DNA of 58,690 bases, from positions 1 through 58,690 of the forward strand of contig DATIYC010000066.1 in NCBI GenBank assembly GCA_035517955.1, read 5' to 3'. The stretch is from Candidatus Acidiferrales bacterium. GTDB taxonomy: Archaea; Thermoproteota; Bathyarchaeia; 40CM-2-53-6. The translations under genes and the position numbers were made by a program. The stretch's first letter is position 1. Each line of letters starts with the position of its first letter. Below, piece by piece: positions 42,362-53,477 of this stretch. The notes under the pieces are model-generated. The model searched no databases. It had not been told where the DNA came from and saw only the letters and a list, made by a program, of their open reading frames with translations.

Positions 42362-43828
42362 TTGATTGATCTTACCATAAATGAAAAAGGACTCCAGAGA
42401 ACCGTTCAGGCTTGTAGAAGTAGAAACATAATCATACCCACATTTTCTCAACTCAAAGCCCCGGAGAGTACCCCTGAGAAAATTAAGGGAGAATTAAGAA
42501 ACACAAGTCTTTGGGATATAGCACCACAGAACTTATTCCGAATCACATGGAAGAATGACCCCGCTGCCAAAGGCGGGCTCTTTCGCCCAATCGCAAACTA
42601 CCTAGAGCTACCACCAGAACTTACTGGCGTTGAGGCACGCATAATTGCCCTGGTTGGGAAATGGTTCCCTACAGGATCGCACAAAGTTGGAGCATCTTTC
42701 GGTTGCTTAGTGCCCCCCCTTGTCACTGGCCAGTTTGACCCAACGGTGCATAAAGCCGTCTGGCCTAGCACAGGAAACTTTTGCAGAGGAGGAGCCTACG
42801 ACGCGAAACTACTCGGTTGCGATAGCATCGCCATTCTTCCAGAGCAAATGTCACAGGAACGTTTCCAATGGCTCAGAACTGTTGCAAGCGAGATAATTGC
42901 CACGCCCGGAAGCGAAAGCAATGTGAAAGAAATCTATGACAAGGTCTGGGAACTAAGAGGCACGCGCAAGGATATTTTCGTATTCAACCAATTTGCTGAG
43001 TTCGGAAACTACCTGTTTCACTACGAAGTAACAGGGCACGCAATGCAGGAAGTTATCAACAAAGAGATTAGCGGGGGACAATTTCGCGGAGTATGTTTAA
43101 CCACTGGATCGGCAGGAACAATCGCCTCCGGCGACTACCTCAAGCAAGCTTACCCCACATCGAAGATCGCAGCTGGAGAAGCCGCCCAGTGCCCGACTCT
43201 CCTACTCAACGGATATGGCGTCCACAGGATTGAAGGAATCGGTGACAAACATGTACCGTGGATACATAACATAAGAAACACGGACATAGCGATTGGAATC
43301 GACGACAATGATCCGATGAGCTTGATGAGGCTTTTCAACGAACCAACAGGACGGGAATACCTCATTCGCGAAATAGGCGTTCCAGAAGAATTGGTTTCCA
43401 AACTTGACCTACTTGGCATTTCCAGTATAGCAAACGTGCTCATGGCGATTAAATTCGCGAAGTACTTTGAATTAACACGCAAAGACATCGTCATCACCGT
43501 GTTTACTGATTCTATGGAGTTGTACCAATCGAGACTGAAAGAGTCAAGAGAACAGCACCCTCAATACGGCAAAGAGCAAGCGGACAGCGATTTCCACAGG
43601 CACCTCATGGCGATAAAAACAGACTCAATGATGGAACTCACCTATCCAGACAGAAAGAGAATTCATAACCTAAAGTACTTCACGTGGATTGAACAACAGA
43701 AAAGTGACCTGAACGAATTGAACCGCCAATGGGACGACTATGAAGCCTATTGGAGCGGAATCCAGAAACTGACGCCAAGAATAGACGACCTCATAACAGA
43801 ATTCAACCGAAAAGTTGGATTGATCTAA
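42362..43828 (+). CDS. Fold-type II PLP-dependent enzyme, unassigned (TrpB/CysK superfamily; lyase/thiolase-like)
   Basis: 488 aa with FPTGSHKVGASF (candidate PLP lysine), STGNFCRGGAY and TTGSAGT. It has a long helical C-terminal extension. Confidence 0.65.
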   Translation: MIDLTINEKGLQRTVQACRSRNIIIPTFSQLKAPESTPEKIKGELRNTSLWDIAPQNLFRITWKNDPAAKGGLFRPIANYLELPPELTGVEARIIALVGKWFPTGSHKVGASFGCLVPPLVTGQFDPTVHKAVWPSTGNFCRGGAYDAKLLGCDSIAILPEQMSQERFQWLRTVASEIIATPGSESNVKEIYDKVWELRGTRKDIFVFNQFAEFGNYLFHYEVTGHAMQEVINKEISGGQFRGVCLTTGSAGTIASGDYLKQAYPTSKIAAGEAAQCPTLLLNGYGVHRIEGIGDKHVPWIHNIRNTDIAIGIDDNDPMSLMRLFNEPTGREYLIREIGVPEELVSKLDLLGISSIANVLMAIKFAKYFELTRKDIVITVFTDSMELYQSRLKESREQHPQYGKEQADSDFHRHLMAIKTDSMMELTYPDRKRIHNLKYFTWIEQQKSDLNELNRQWDDYEAYWSGIQKLTPRIDDLITEFNRKVGLI

Positions 43829-44039
43829 ACGAACCTGACCCGAAAAATACTATTTTCTATTCGCTTACTGGACAAGAAAGAAACGCGATAATGACTTAAC
43901 GAATCAGCAATCCACTCTCCAACCATACCAAAGGATTTCATACGCAAGGCCTCAGCATCAGCTACCATCGCATAGAATCATCAAGTTCAGGAACTGGGTA
44001 GTAACCCTATTAGGTTAAGCTAAGGTTCAACAATCGAAG

Positions 44040-45392
44040 TTGACGCTCATGGTTCAAACGGCTGAGCGAGAAGACGTTGTAAGTTTAACGAAGCAGCATA
44101 CGTACGGGACATGGCGGGCGCAAAAAAGTTGGATTCCTCGAGAGGTTGTGAGTGCAGAAGGATGCTACTTCAAGGACGCTTCGGGTCAAGAATTCCTGGA
44201 TTTCTCGTCACAATTAATGTGCTCGAATCTGGGCCACGGTAACAAAGCGGTTATTGACGCAATATGTGAACAAGCTAGGAAGCTTCCCTACGCTGCCCCA
44301 GGCTTCACAACTGAAGCACGAGCGAAACTCACGGCAGCATTGGCAGAGGTCATGCCACATGGTTTGGAGAAATTTTTCTATGCTACGTCAGGAACTGAAG
44401 CAAATGAAGCTGCATTCAAAATTGCTAGGCAATTCACAGGCAAGTACAAAATAATCTCAAGATATGCATCATACCATGGCTCAACGGCGGGTTCGATAGC
44501 TGCTACCGGCGACCCTCGCCGATATCCAATTGAACCTTCAGGAAAAATGGAAGGTGTTCTATTCGGACCTGACGCATACTGCTATCGCTGTCCATTCGGA
44601 TTGAAGTATCCCGACTGTGGTATTGCATGCGCAGACTACTTGGAATACATGATTAAGCATGAATCCAACGTCGCAGCCGTCATCGTAGAACCTGTTGTAG
44701 GCACGAACGGCGTCATTGTCCCGCCTGACGAGTACTTGCCGCGTCTTCGTGAAGTCACCGAGGAAAACGATGTCTTACTGATCTGTGACGAAGTCATGTC
44801 TGGCTGGGGACGAACTGGTGAATGGTTCGCGGTTAATCATTGGAAAGTCAAGCCTGATATCCTAACGACCGCAAAGGGTGTCACTGGGGCGTATGTTCCG
44901 CTGAGTGTTACCGCAACAACTCGCAACATCTCTGACTATTTCGAGGAACATTACTTTGCTCACGGTCATACGTATGAAGCTCATCCAATGACTCTCGCGC
45001 CGGGAATTGCTGCGATTAGTGAGTACAAGCGATTGAACCTCATCGAGAGGGCACGAACAATGGGACAATATACGGGGAAGAAACTTACGGCTCTCCAAGA
45101 GAAGCATCCGTCGGTTGGAGATGTACGCGGAATAGGCTTATTCTGGTCACTAGAGCTTGTAAGAAACAGGAACAATAAAACGCCCTTCAACACCGGCGAG
45201 GAGAAACTTCAAGGTAAACCAATGGTCTCGGACGGGGTTGCCGCAGAATGCATGAAGAATGGCACTTACGTAATGTCGTGGCTCAATTACATGATAATTG
45301 CTCCACCATTGATAGTCACGCCCGAAGAGATCGACAAAGGCGTTGCCGCCCTTGACAAAGGACTGACGGTCGCTGACAAAGAAGTCGTCTAA
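44040..45392 (+). CDS. Class III (omega-type) aminotransferase
   Basis: 450 aa with SGTEANE, CDEVMSGWGRTG and TTAKG (PLP lysine). Confidence 0.85.
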   Translation: MTLMVQTAEREDVVSLTKQHTYGTWRAQKSWIPREVVSAEGCYFKDASGQEFLDFSSQLMCSNLGHGNKAVIDAICEQARKLPYAAPGFTTEARAKLTAALAEVMPHGLEKFFYATSGTEANEAAFKIARQFTGKYKIISRYASYHGSTAGSIAATGDPRRYPIEPSGKMEGVLFGPDAYCYRCPFGLKYPDCGIACADYLEYMIKHESNVAAVIVEPVVGTNGVIVPPDEYLPRLREVTEENDVLLICDEVMSGWGRTGEWFAVNHWKVKPDILTTAKGVTGAYVPLSVTATTRNISDYFEEHYFAHGHTYEAHPMTLAPGIAAISEYKRLNLIERARTMGQYTGKKLTALQEKHPSVGDVRGIGLFWSLELVRNRNNKTPFNTGEEKLQGKPMVSDGVAAECMKNGTYVMSWLNYMIIAPPLIVTPEEIDKGVAALDKGLTVADKEVV

Positions 45393-45422
45393 TCAGTAGA
45401 CGCACTCACTCAACAAAAGCAA

Positions 45423-46814
45423 TCAAGTGTAACTCCACTTAGACTTGACGCTGATCCCAGCTCTTTCAAGTAGCCTCGCAGCTCTTGCGTTAGCCTCCTG
45501 TATGATCGCACTTTCGTTAAGTGTCCTTATCTGACCGCGCGCCATCAGAATTTTCCCATCCACAATTACCGTATCAACGTCAGAGCCCTCACCAGAATAG
45601 ACGAGGTGAGAAATTGGATTCAGGGTCGGTGTCAGGTGCGGACTATCTAACCGAACTATAGCCAAATCAGCCTTCTTCCCGACCTCTAGAGAACCAATTT
45701 CATTATCCAATCCTAACGCCTTGGCTCCGTTAATTGTCGCCAACTCAAGTACGTCTTCCGCGCTCATGACAATGGGATCGTATAATCTCACTTTTTGAAT
45801 CAGTGATGCGAGTTTCATTTCACGGATCATATCATAGCAGTTGTTACTTGGACCCCCATCGCAACCTAGGCCAACGTTTACGCCATGCTTGATCATTTCA
45901 GGTACGGGTGCAATCCCAGAAGCTAATTTCGTGTTGGAGGATGGGCAGTGGGCCACTGTTGCGCCCTTTGCGGCTAGTATTTTCCACTCCTTTTCAGCCA
46001 ACCAGACTCCATGCGCGAAGACAACCTTCGGTCCCATCACCCCTACTTGATCCATGAACTCAGCAGGCAGTTTCGCGAACTCCTTGTTTGCGTATTTTAC
46101 GTCCTCTTGGACTTCGCCGAGATGCATCGTGATACCGATTTTGAGTCGTTTGGCACCCTCCGCGATTCGGCTGTACAGTTCGGGTGTACACGCTCCTAGT
46201 GAACGAGCCCCATACCATACCTGTACCCGTCCACCCGCTTTACCATTCCAACGATTGTAGTAGGTCTCGACTTCGCGAAGGCATGTTTCCGCATCCTCGA
46301 TCATGCCCCTGTGCATGATGCTCTTCTCCGTTCCATAGCTAGGCATGCCCATCACAGTCTTTGAAAGAATTCCGCGCATTCCTGACCGTTCAACAGCCTT
46401 CGCGATTCCATCGAACCCATAGCGCGTGTGCAGGAGGCTTTCTAGGAAAGTGGTTGTCCCAGATTTGATCATCTCTAGCATGCACAATTCAGCGCTCACT
46501 CTTCCGTCCTGCGCGTCGAAATTTCCTTGGAGTGGCCAAACGAATTTCTGAAGCCAATCAATCAATGAGGTGTCATCCGCGCAGCCGCGGATTAGGGCTT
46601 GAGCGAGGTGAACATGAGTATCAATCAGCCCTGGTAGCACAATCTTCCCGGTGGCATCAATTTCGAATTCTGCACGACTTCTAGGCCTTACCTCATCTAC
46701 CTTTCCGATTAGCGATATGCCGCTGTCTTCTATGAGAATGGCGCCATCTCGAATTACTCGTCGATGGGCATCCATAGTGATTATGGTTCCGCCCTTTATG
46801 AGAACTGTCGACAT
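45423..46814 (-). CDS. COG0402 amidohydrolase/deaminase (MTA/SAH-, guanine- or SsnA-like)
   Basis: 463 aa with PGLIDTHVHLAQ, TMHLGE, FAHGVW and LGCDG. Confidence 0.85.
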   Translation of the reverse strand: MSTVLIKGGTIITMDAHRRVIRDGAILIEDSGISLIGKVDEVRPRSRAEFEIDATGKIVLPGLIDTHVHLAQALIRGCADDTSLIDWLQKFVWPLQGNFDAQDGRVSAELCMLEMIKSGTTTFLESLLHTRYGFDGIAKAVERSGMRGILSKTVMGMPSYGTEKSIMHRGMIEDAETCLREVETYYNRWNGKAGGRVQVWYGARSLGACTPELYSRIAEGAKRLKIGITMHLGEVQEDVKYANKEFAKLPAEFMDQVGVMGPKVVFAHGVWLAEKEWKILAAKGATVAHCPSSNTKLASGIAPVPEMIKHGVNVGLGCDGGPSNNCYDMIREMKLASLIQKVRLYDPIVMSAEDVLELATINGAKALGLDNEIGSLEVGKKADLAIVRLDSPHLTPTLNPISHLVYSGEGSDVDTVIVDGKILMARGQIRTLNESAIIQEANARAARLLERAGISVKSKWSYT

Positions 46815-46917
46815 CTGAACCAGTTGACCTTGGACTTCAACCCTCTACTTACCCTTATTGAGTCGACGTCCGGAGATCGAGGTCACAGCGAATGCACAGG
46901 ACCTTGATTTCGATTGG

Positions 46918-47502
46918 CTAAGACCTTCGATCGTTTTCTTTTCGAAAGTCTTCAAGAGCTCTGTTCAAGGTTACAACTGCTCCCTTTTGTAAATGTTCAA
47001 TTGCAGCCAGCGCGGCTCGATGAGCGTCTTTACTTGTTCCAGCAACGCAGTCCTCAAGAACCTTGACCCTAAAATCGAATTGATGCGCATCCATAGCAGT
47101 AAGGTAGACACAGACGTCAGTTGCCGCACCCGTAATATAGAGCGTGTCTACGTTCAAACCACTCAGAAGTACTTGCAGGTCGGTTCCAAAGAAGCCACTA
47201 TAACGCCTCTTCGTTACCACATAATCCAAATCAGTTGGCACTAATTCTTCGACTATCCTCGCTCCAATGCTACCCTCGACGCAATGAAGTGGCTCATCGC
47301 CATCCAACTCTCTACCGAAGTCTACCTTCTGAGCCCTATGCACTTCCTGAGTAAATATGCACGGAATGCCCGCATCGTGCGCTTCCGCGATTAATTGCCG
47401 GATTTTCGGCACAATTTGTGTTGCTCCCTCGCATGGGACTGGTCCGGAGGGGTCAACGAAGTCATGTTGCATGTCAATTATCAATAATGCCGGTCTACTC
47501 AT
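46918..47502 (-). CDS. Isochorismatase-family cysteine hydrolase (amidase type)
   Basis: The D-K-C triad context is ALLIIDMQHDF, VVTKRRYSGF and TGAATDVCV. The start is taken at MSRPALLIID; the track ORF extends to 47619. Confidence 0.78.
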   Translation of the reverse strand: MSRPALLIIDMQHDFVDPSGPVPCEGATQIVPKIRQLIAEAHDAGIPCIFTQEVHRAQKVDFGRELDGDEPLHCVEGSIGARIVEELVPTDLDYVVTKRRYSGFFGTDLQVLLSGLNVDTLYITGAATDVCVYLTAMDAHQFDFRVKVLEDCVAGTSKDAHRAALAAIEHLQKGAVVTLNRALEDFRKENDRRS

Positions 47503-47706
47503 GTTAAGGCGCCCTGGTTTCAAAAGTATACCTTTGCTAGGATTCGATCGGCCACCTAAATGAAACTTTGACGAACCATAAAATCGAAGAAGATTACGAT
47601 GAATTTTAGCTTGGCACAATGCGTATCGTTTTTTACCTGTGTATTTACCTTGGGCGACCGGAACATGCGAAAGTGTTAAATTCGAAATCTGCGTCGCCCC
47701 TAAGTT

Positions 47707-49248
47707 ATGACAAGCGAACCGACGGCTTTTGTTAGGAAGGCTTCAGGTCTCCGAAGAGACGTTTCGTTACTGGATGTAGTTAGTCTAAACCTCAGCAACA
47801 TGTCCGGAGGAGCAGCTCTCGGAACCATCGGATTCACTACAGTGCTTCTCACGTCGATGTCTGGGGTGAACTTGGTATACGGTTCGATACTCGCATGGTT
47901 CCTAACGATTCCGGAAGTCGTTGTTTATACTATGATGACGTCTCGAGTGAGTCGGACTGGAGGAGATTACGTGTGGGTTTCGAGAGTCTATGGCGGAGCA
48001 TTCGGTGGACCCCTCTCGTTCATGGGATACACAATCGAGACTATGGCCTACATGGCACTCATCGCCTTAGCCGCGGTAACGGCAATCGGATCCGTTGGGG
48101 TGTCGCTTGGTTACTCTAACATGCTCCAGTTCGCGCTGCCCGGAAACCTTCCCGGCGCCAACTTGGCTGGCCAATTCGCTATAGCAGCCATCATTTTCGT
48201 CGTACTTATCGCTGCTAACATGCTCAAACCAAAACTGGGCTTCAAGATCGTTGCAATCGCAGTGCTGATTGCAATAGTTGCAACGTTTGTTGGAATCTTC
48301 TCTCTCCTGGCCGCCGGGACCAACGGCGTACAAGGGTACATGAGTTTCCTTAACTCGATCGGAGACAACACAACGTATACTGCAGTCGCAAACTCTTACA
48401 CCGGCCCAACGTTCGACTTTGGTGCAACTATCTTTATGCTGCCCTTCTTTGCCATCTTCGTTTATCCATGGCTAAATGCCGGCCCTGCAGTGGCCTCCGA
48501 AATCAAAGGTAAGTCCGCACTCAAGTATAACGTGGCAATCTCATCCGTCGTAAGCCTCATAATCGTAACATCGGCATTCGCGGCCATGTACTACGCCGGG
48601 GGTTTCAACTTCATCAATGGCGCATTATCCAACCCGGGCCTCGTATACGACTGGTCCTTCAACTTCTGGACCCTGGCGATGGGAGTTTCCAGCACACCTG
48701 TAGCTTGGTTCATTGGATTAGGGTGGATATTATGGAACGTCGCTGTCATTGCCTATGCGATCATCGTCCTATCTCGCTATCTCTTCGCCCAATCATTCGA
48801 CCGCTTCTTGCCGGAAAAAATCTCCTACGTCAGCAAATATGGCTCACCCACGGTAGCGTTTACGATTAACCTAGTCTGCACCTTGGTGCTAATTGCGCTC
48901 GCGTCATTCTTCTATGGAACCCTAGTGTCCCTATACGGAGCCGTCATTGCCTCAATGATTTACTTCTTCTTCATCGGAATAGCGGCCGTACGCTACGCAA
49001 TCAAGAACGAGAAAGGAACCTCAAAGGGCATCTTGGCTACGGCTGGCCTCCTAATGACGATCGTCTTCGCGTATATAACATACCAATTCATCGCATACTA
49101 TACAATCTGGGGAGGAACATTGCTTGGGACAGGATGGGCTGTTGGCAGCTTCATTGTTGGAGTTGCAATTTACTTCATCTCGAAATCGTACTACGGCAAA
49201 CGCGGAATCGATATAACTCTGGCGTACAAAGAACTACCACCCCTATAA
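47707..49248 (+). CDS. APC-superfamily permease
   Basis: 513 aa with about 12 or more hydrophobic helices. The N-terminal pattern is typical of amino acid/polyamine/organocation transporters. Confidence 0.75.
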   Translation: MTSEPTAFVRKASGLRRDVSLLDVVSLNLSNMSGGAALGTIGFTTVLLTSMSGVNLVYGSILAWFLTIPEVVVYTMMTSRVSRTGGDYVWVSRVYGGAFGGPLSFMGYTIETMAYMALIALAAVTAIGSVGVSLGYSNMLQFALPGNLPGANLAGQFAIAAIIFVVLIAANMLKPKLGFKIVAIAVLIAIVATFVGIFSLLAAGTNGVQGYMSFLNSIGDNTTYTAVANSYTGPTFDFGATIFMLPFFAIFVYPWLNAGPAVASEIKGKSALKYNVAISSVVSLIIVTSAFAAMYYAGGFNFINGALSNPGLVYDWSFNFWTLAMGVSSTPVAWFIGLGWILWNVAVIAYAIIVLSRYLFAQSFDRFLPEKISYVSKYGSPTVAFTINLVCTLVLIALASFFYGTLVSLYGAVIASMIYFFFIGIAAVRYAIKNEKGTSKGILATAGLLMTIVFAYITYQFIAYYTIWGGTLLGTGWAVGSFIVGVAIYFISKSYYGKRGIDITLAYKELPPL

Positions 49249-49396
49249 CAATCGAGCGAATACAAACTCGAAGCCCGAACACAGCCTACCGAGCTCTACT
49301 CAGAGCTCAGCCTAAACATTTGGATAGTGACTCAAGTAGACTCGCGTCGTTGGCATGTCTACACAGCTGCTGTCGCTTAGACTCCACCCACGGCGA

Positions 49397-50374
49397 CTAC
49401 CCGGAAGTGAGTTGGAAGCTGAGAATCTTCTTGTCGGCTATATTGACGATGGCTCCTCGTAGCATTCCTTCGGGGTAATCACTACCCGGATTCACTACAA
49501 GTGTCTTTCCAATTCTTGTTGTTCCTCTAGATTCGTGCACGTGACCGCAAAGGTGCAGAAGGGGTTGGTGTTTTTCGATCTCCTTGCGGATGGAAGTACT
49601 ACCGGCTCCGAACATGACTGCCTGTCCTTTATCGAAGACAGGCTTCGGAGGATAAACCGAAGCATCCAACTTTGGCACAGTATCCAGGCCACAATCAATT
49701 GGTGGAACGTGAATGTTGAAGACACAGTTCTGAACGTCGCTGACAGATGCAAGCATGTTCTCTGTGGCAGCGAGTAATTCCTCTTCCGTGTGATCTCGAG
49801 GACATTTCCAAGGCGTGGGGTTGCTCCACCCTAGGTTCACCATCTCGTGAAGCCCGTCGATCTTGAGCACCTTATTGTCAGCATTCTTGACGTGAGGCGT
49901 ATCCTTGATGTCGTCGATAATCTCCTGATAATCATCGTTCCCACCTGTTAGATAACAGGTAACACCAAGGTTGCCCAAGAAAGATTCAGCGCGATCAACC
50001 CATTTTATCAGCGAATCTTTCATAACACTCATGAAAAGCTTGTCAACTTTTTCTTTCGAGGCATTGAGCTCATCCATTTCAGTTTTCCCGCAATGATACG
50101 GGTAGTAGCCACTATTTGTGATTTCAAGCTCCAAAGCTTTGACCTCATCAGGTCCATGCAAGGTTTTGACTCCAACGTAATCCGCCTTGAAAGTGCCGTC
50201 ACCCATGTCCACTATGGGAACAAGCATCTTTCCGGTCAAGTCGCCCCCCAGAACCAACACGTCCACCTTGTAGAACTTCGCTGCACTTAGCAACTTATCA
50301 TAGCAACGCGTCGAACCGTGAAGATCGGTTGCAAAGAATATTTTCGTGAATTTCTTTTCTGGCATACCTCTCAA
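49397..50374 (-). CDS. Calcineurin-like metallophosphoesterase
   Basis: 325 aa with FFATDLHGS, LGGDLTGK, GGNDD and CGHVHES. Confidence 0.75.
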   Translation of the reverse strand: MRGMPEKKFTKIFFATDLHGSTRCYDKLLSAAKFYKVDVLVLGGDLTGKMLVPIVDMGDGTFKADYVGVKTLHGPDEVKALELEITNSGYYPYHCGKTEMDELNASKEKVDKLFMSVMKDSLIKWVDRAESFLGNLGVTCYLTGGNDDYQEIIDDIKDTPHVKNADNKVLKIDGLHEMVNLGWSNPTPWKCPRDHTEEELLAATENMLASVSDVQNCVFNIHVPPIDCGLDTVPKLDASVYPPKPVFDKGQAVMFGAGSTSIRKEIEKHQPLLHLCGHVHESRGTTRIGKTLVVNPGSDYPEGMLRGAIVNIADKKILSFQLTSG

Positions 50375-50627
50375 ACTTTCGTAATTTATCCGTGGTAATA
50401 GGAGTTATCCTTCCCAAGACACTGAGTGCAGAGTTATTCAATTCATAGAAAATGTTCACCTGGGCGATGAACAAAAGTCGGAAGAGGCACGGAAGACTAC
50501 CTGAGACACCAGTAATCCTATTTGTAATACCGAAGACTCTACTGCATGTTTAGTCCCAAAAAAAGTAACTAGATTGCACTCAAACCATGATGACTAAACG
50601 AAATCACAATTCGAGAGATTTGAAGAG

Positions 50628-52424
50628 TTGTTCGAATTCGATGGTCGAAGACCACTGCACGAAATGACACGGACACTCGTAGATACTGCGATGGGACGAA
50701 GCAAGGCAGATTTGGTGGTTCAAAACGCATCGATTGTAAACGTAAACTCCGGCGAAATACTAGAGAATGTGAACATAGCCACTAAAGAAGACAGAATCGC
50801 ACTGATTGGAAACGTCAAGCACACGATTGGTCCAAACACCGAAGTGGTTGACGTGAAAGGAAAATACGTAAGCCCAGGATTCATCGACGGACACTGCCAC
50901 GTCGAGAGTGCACTCGTCACCGGAACTGGATATGCGAAAGCGGTCCTACCACATGGAACAACCACCGTATTTATCGACCCTCACGAAATCACTAACGTCC
51001 TCGGATTGGAGGGCGTAAGGTTCTTCCTTGACGAAGCACGCGCCCTTCCTCTCAAAATGCTGGTCACATTTCCTTCCTGCGTCCCCGCGGCACCCGGCTT
51101 CGAAACTAGTGGTGCTTCGATTGGGCCAAGTGAGGTTGCTGAGGCAATGAGCTGGAAGGGGATCGTAGCGCTAGGTGAAGTGATGAACTATCCCGGCGTA
51201 CTCGCCTCCGACGCTAATGTACACGGCGAGATTGCTGCCACCCTCAGGCATGGAAGGGTTGTTGAAGGACATGCAGTCGACTTATTGGATCGAGACTTGG
51301 CTGCATACGCCGCTGCTGGAATCACATCATGCCACGAATCGACAAAGGCAATTCAAGCCATGCAGAAAATCAGAGATGGAATGTATGCAATGTTGAGGGA
51401 AGCATCTGGTGCACGAAATGTTGCCGAAACAATACGAGCGATTACCATTGAGAAACTTAACCCGCGTCATGTCTGTCTGGTCACCGATGACCGTGAGCCT
51501 GGCGACCTCCTACGCGAAGGGCACATTGACCATGCCATCCGTAGAGCTATCCAGGAAGGCGTGGACCCAATCGTAGCAATACAAATGGCAACCCTGAATA
51601 CCGCGGAACATTTTGAATGTGCAAGAGAGATCGGCAGTATAGCCCCTGCCCGGTTCGCCGATATGGTTATCCTGAATAAACTTGAAACAATCGATATAGA
51701 TTCAGTCATTGCAAACGGAAGATTCGTTAGCCATCACGGCAGACTTACAAACGAAATAGCGTACCCCAAGTTCCCTGAACGGGCAAGGAATTCCGTCCAC
51801 CTCAAACACTCCCCGGCCAGTGACGATTTGATCATCAAGACGAAAACGAGAGACGGCTCGGTCAGAGCACGAGTCATCGGAGTTCTGCCTACCGAGATCT
51901 CCACACGGAATCTCGAACTTGAGGTCCCTGTGAAAAATGGACAGGCATTAGCTAATGCTAATGAAGATATTGCAAAAATAGCAGTCTTTGAGCGCCACTC
52001 AGCTACCGGTAACGTTGCTGCCGGTTTCATAAAAGGACTCGGACTCAAGCGTGGAGCTGTGGCTTCGACCGTTGGACATGACAGCCACAACCTTGTCGCA
52101 GCAGGCATGGAAGACAAAGACATTACCGCTGCTGCCAACGCACTCGCGCGTATTGGAGGAGGCATGGTAGTTGTGAAAGATCAGAGAACTATCGCAATTG
52201 TTCCTCTACCCATTGCCGGACTAATGTCGGACAAGCCCGTTGAAACAGTCTCAGCAGAGATCGACCAATTGAAGAAGGCATGGTCAGACCTGGGCTCAAC
52301 TCTTCCCTCACCGTACATGACTCTTGCCTTCACAACGCTCTCCGTGATCCCTGAACTCAGAATCACCGACAAAGGAGTGCTGGATACGGTTCAATTCAAG
52401 TTCGTGAATCCAATCATAGAGTAA
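50628..52424 (+). CDS. ade: Adenine deaminase (amidohydrolase superfamily, long form)
   Basis: 598 aa with SPGFIDGHCHVES, GHA, TDD and HDSHN motifs and the C-terminal adenine deaminase domain. Confidence 0.82.
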   Translation: MFEFDGRRPLHEMTRTLVDTAMGRSKADLVVQNASIVNVNSGEILENVNIATKEDRIALIGNVKHTIGPNTEVVDVKGKYVSPGFIDGHCHVESALVTGTGYAKAVLPHGTTTVFIDPHEITNVLGLEGVRFFLDEARALPLKMLVTFPSCVPAAPGFETSGASIGPSEVAEAMSWKGIVALGEVMNYPGVLASDANVHGEIAATLRHGRVVEGHAVDLLDRDLAAYAAAGITSCHESTKAIQAMQKIRDGMYAMLREASGARNVAETIRAITIEKLNPRHVCLVTDDREPGDLLREGHIDHAIRRAIQEGVDPIVAIQMATLNTAEHFECAREIGSIAPARFADMVILNKLETIDIDSVIANGRFVSHHGRLTNEIAYPKFPERARNSVHLKHSPASDDLIIKTKTRDGSVRARVIGVLPTEISTRNLELEVPVKNGQALANANEDIAKIAVFERHSATGNVAAGFIKGLGLKRGAVASTVGHDSHNLVAAGMEDKDITAAANALARIGGGMVVVKDQRTIAIVPLPIAGLMSDKPVETVSAEIDQLKKAWSDLGSTLPSPYMTLAFTTLSVIPELRITDKGVLDTVQFKFVNPIIE

Positions 52425-52445
52425 TCGAAGCCGATCAAGCAACCG

Positions 52446-53477
52446 CTAGCTAGAGGCATTGAAAGCGTTGATCATGGCGTGCACATCGTCAGCCAAAGGG
52501 TAGAGCACTGGACACGTGCAACCAGTGGCAGTGTATTCGCCAATTTTCTTAAGACAATCTTCGGCTGTTCCACTCGCCGAGATTAGGCGCACCAGTTTGT
52601 CGTCAACGAGTGCTTTTGCCTTCTCTAGACCACCAGGTTTTGCAGGCCACCCTCCAAGCGCTGTTTTGACCTCCTCGATTAAGGACTCCTTCACTCCGCT
52701 CGCTTTCGCGATGTGAGGCTGTTGCCCTAGGTACTGAGCGATTAGTGGACGAGCGCTGTCAAGTGCCTTGTCCGCATCGTCATCGAGTGAGCATACAACC
52801 AGCTGTGGTCTGTCGATGTCCTCCAACTTTCGACCTTCTTCCTTGGCGCCCTCTTTGAGGTATTCCAGTGCTTTTCGGTTATAGTCTGGAGAGACCAAGT
52901 AGTTCAGGAGGAGCCCGTCGGCCAACTCACCCGTCATCCTAATCATGTCCCAGCCTGTTGCGCCAATGTAGATTGGGATGTGGCGTGGGGTTGAGGGATC
53001 ACCATAAACCACATCAAGCCTGATGTCCCTCACGTTCACAAACTCACCCTCGTATGTCACGTTCTCCATTCGGAATAATCGTTGAAGAACGGTCACGTAT
53101 TCACGCATAGCCTTGAGAGGTTTCTTTCGATCGATCCCAACCTTCCAAGCAAGTGGATCCCACCAGGCACCTATGCCAAGCAATGCTCGACCTTCGGATA
53201 GCTCATCTAGCGTTAGAAAAGATGCCGCCGTTAACCCGACATTGCGGGTCCAATTGTTTATGACTCCTGTGCCAAGTTTGATCTTCTTCGTTACTGCCGA
53301 GATTGCAGCTAGGGGTATGAGTGCGTCACGCGCAAGGCGCGATTCTGCGTGCCAAATAGCTTCGAATCCCTTTTGTTCAGCGTACTGGCAAAGCTCCATC
53401 TCTTCCTTTACCCGATGCTTATCCTGAAGGTAGAGGGCGACACGTTTCATGGGAGCATTGTGGGAAGGCTTAGACAA
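52446..53477 (-). CDS. Luciferase-like monooxygenase (LLM) class, F420-dependent-type oxidoreductase
   Basis: 343 aa with the TIM-barrel LLM pattern (FEAIWHAE, KLGTGV.N...RN). It is divergent from the XDH operon. Confidence 0.78.
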   Translation of the reverse strand: MSKPSHNAPMKRVALYLQDKHRVKEEMELCQYAEQKGFEAIWHAESRLARDALIPLAAISAVTKKIKLGTGVINNWTRNVGLTAASFLTLDELSEGRALLGIGAWWDPLAWKVGIDRKKPLKAMREYVTVLQRLFRMENVTYEGEFVNVRDIRLDVVYGDPSTPRHIPIYIGATGWDMIRMTGELADGLLLNYLVSPDYNRKALEYLKEGAKEEGRKLEDIDRPQLVVCSLDDDADKALDSARPLIAQYLGQQPHIAKASGVKESLIEEVKTALGGWPAKPGGLEKAKALVDDKLVRLISASGTAEDCLKKIGEYTATGCTCPVLYPLADDVHAMINAFNASS

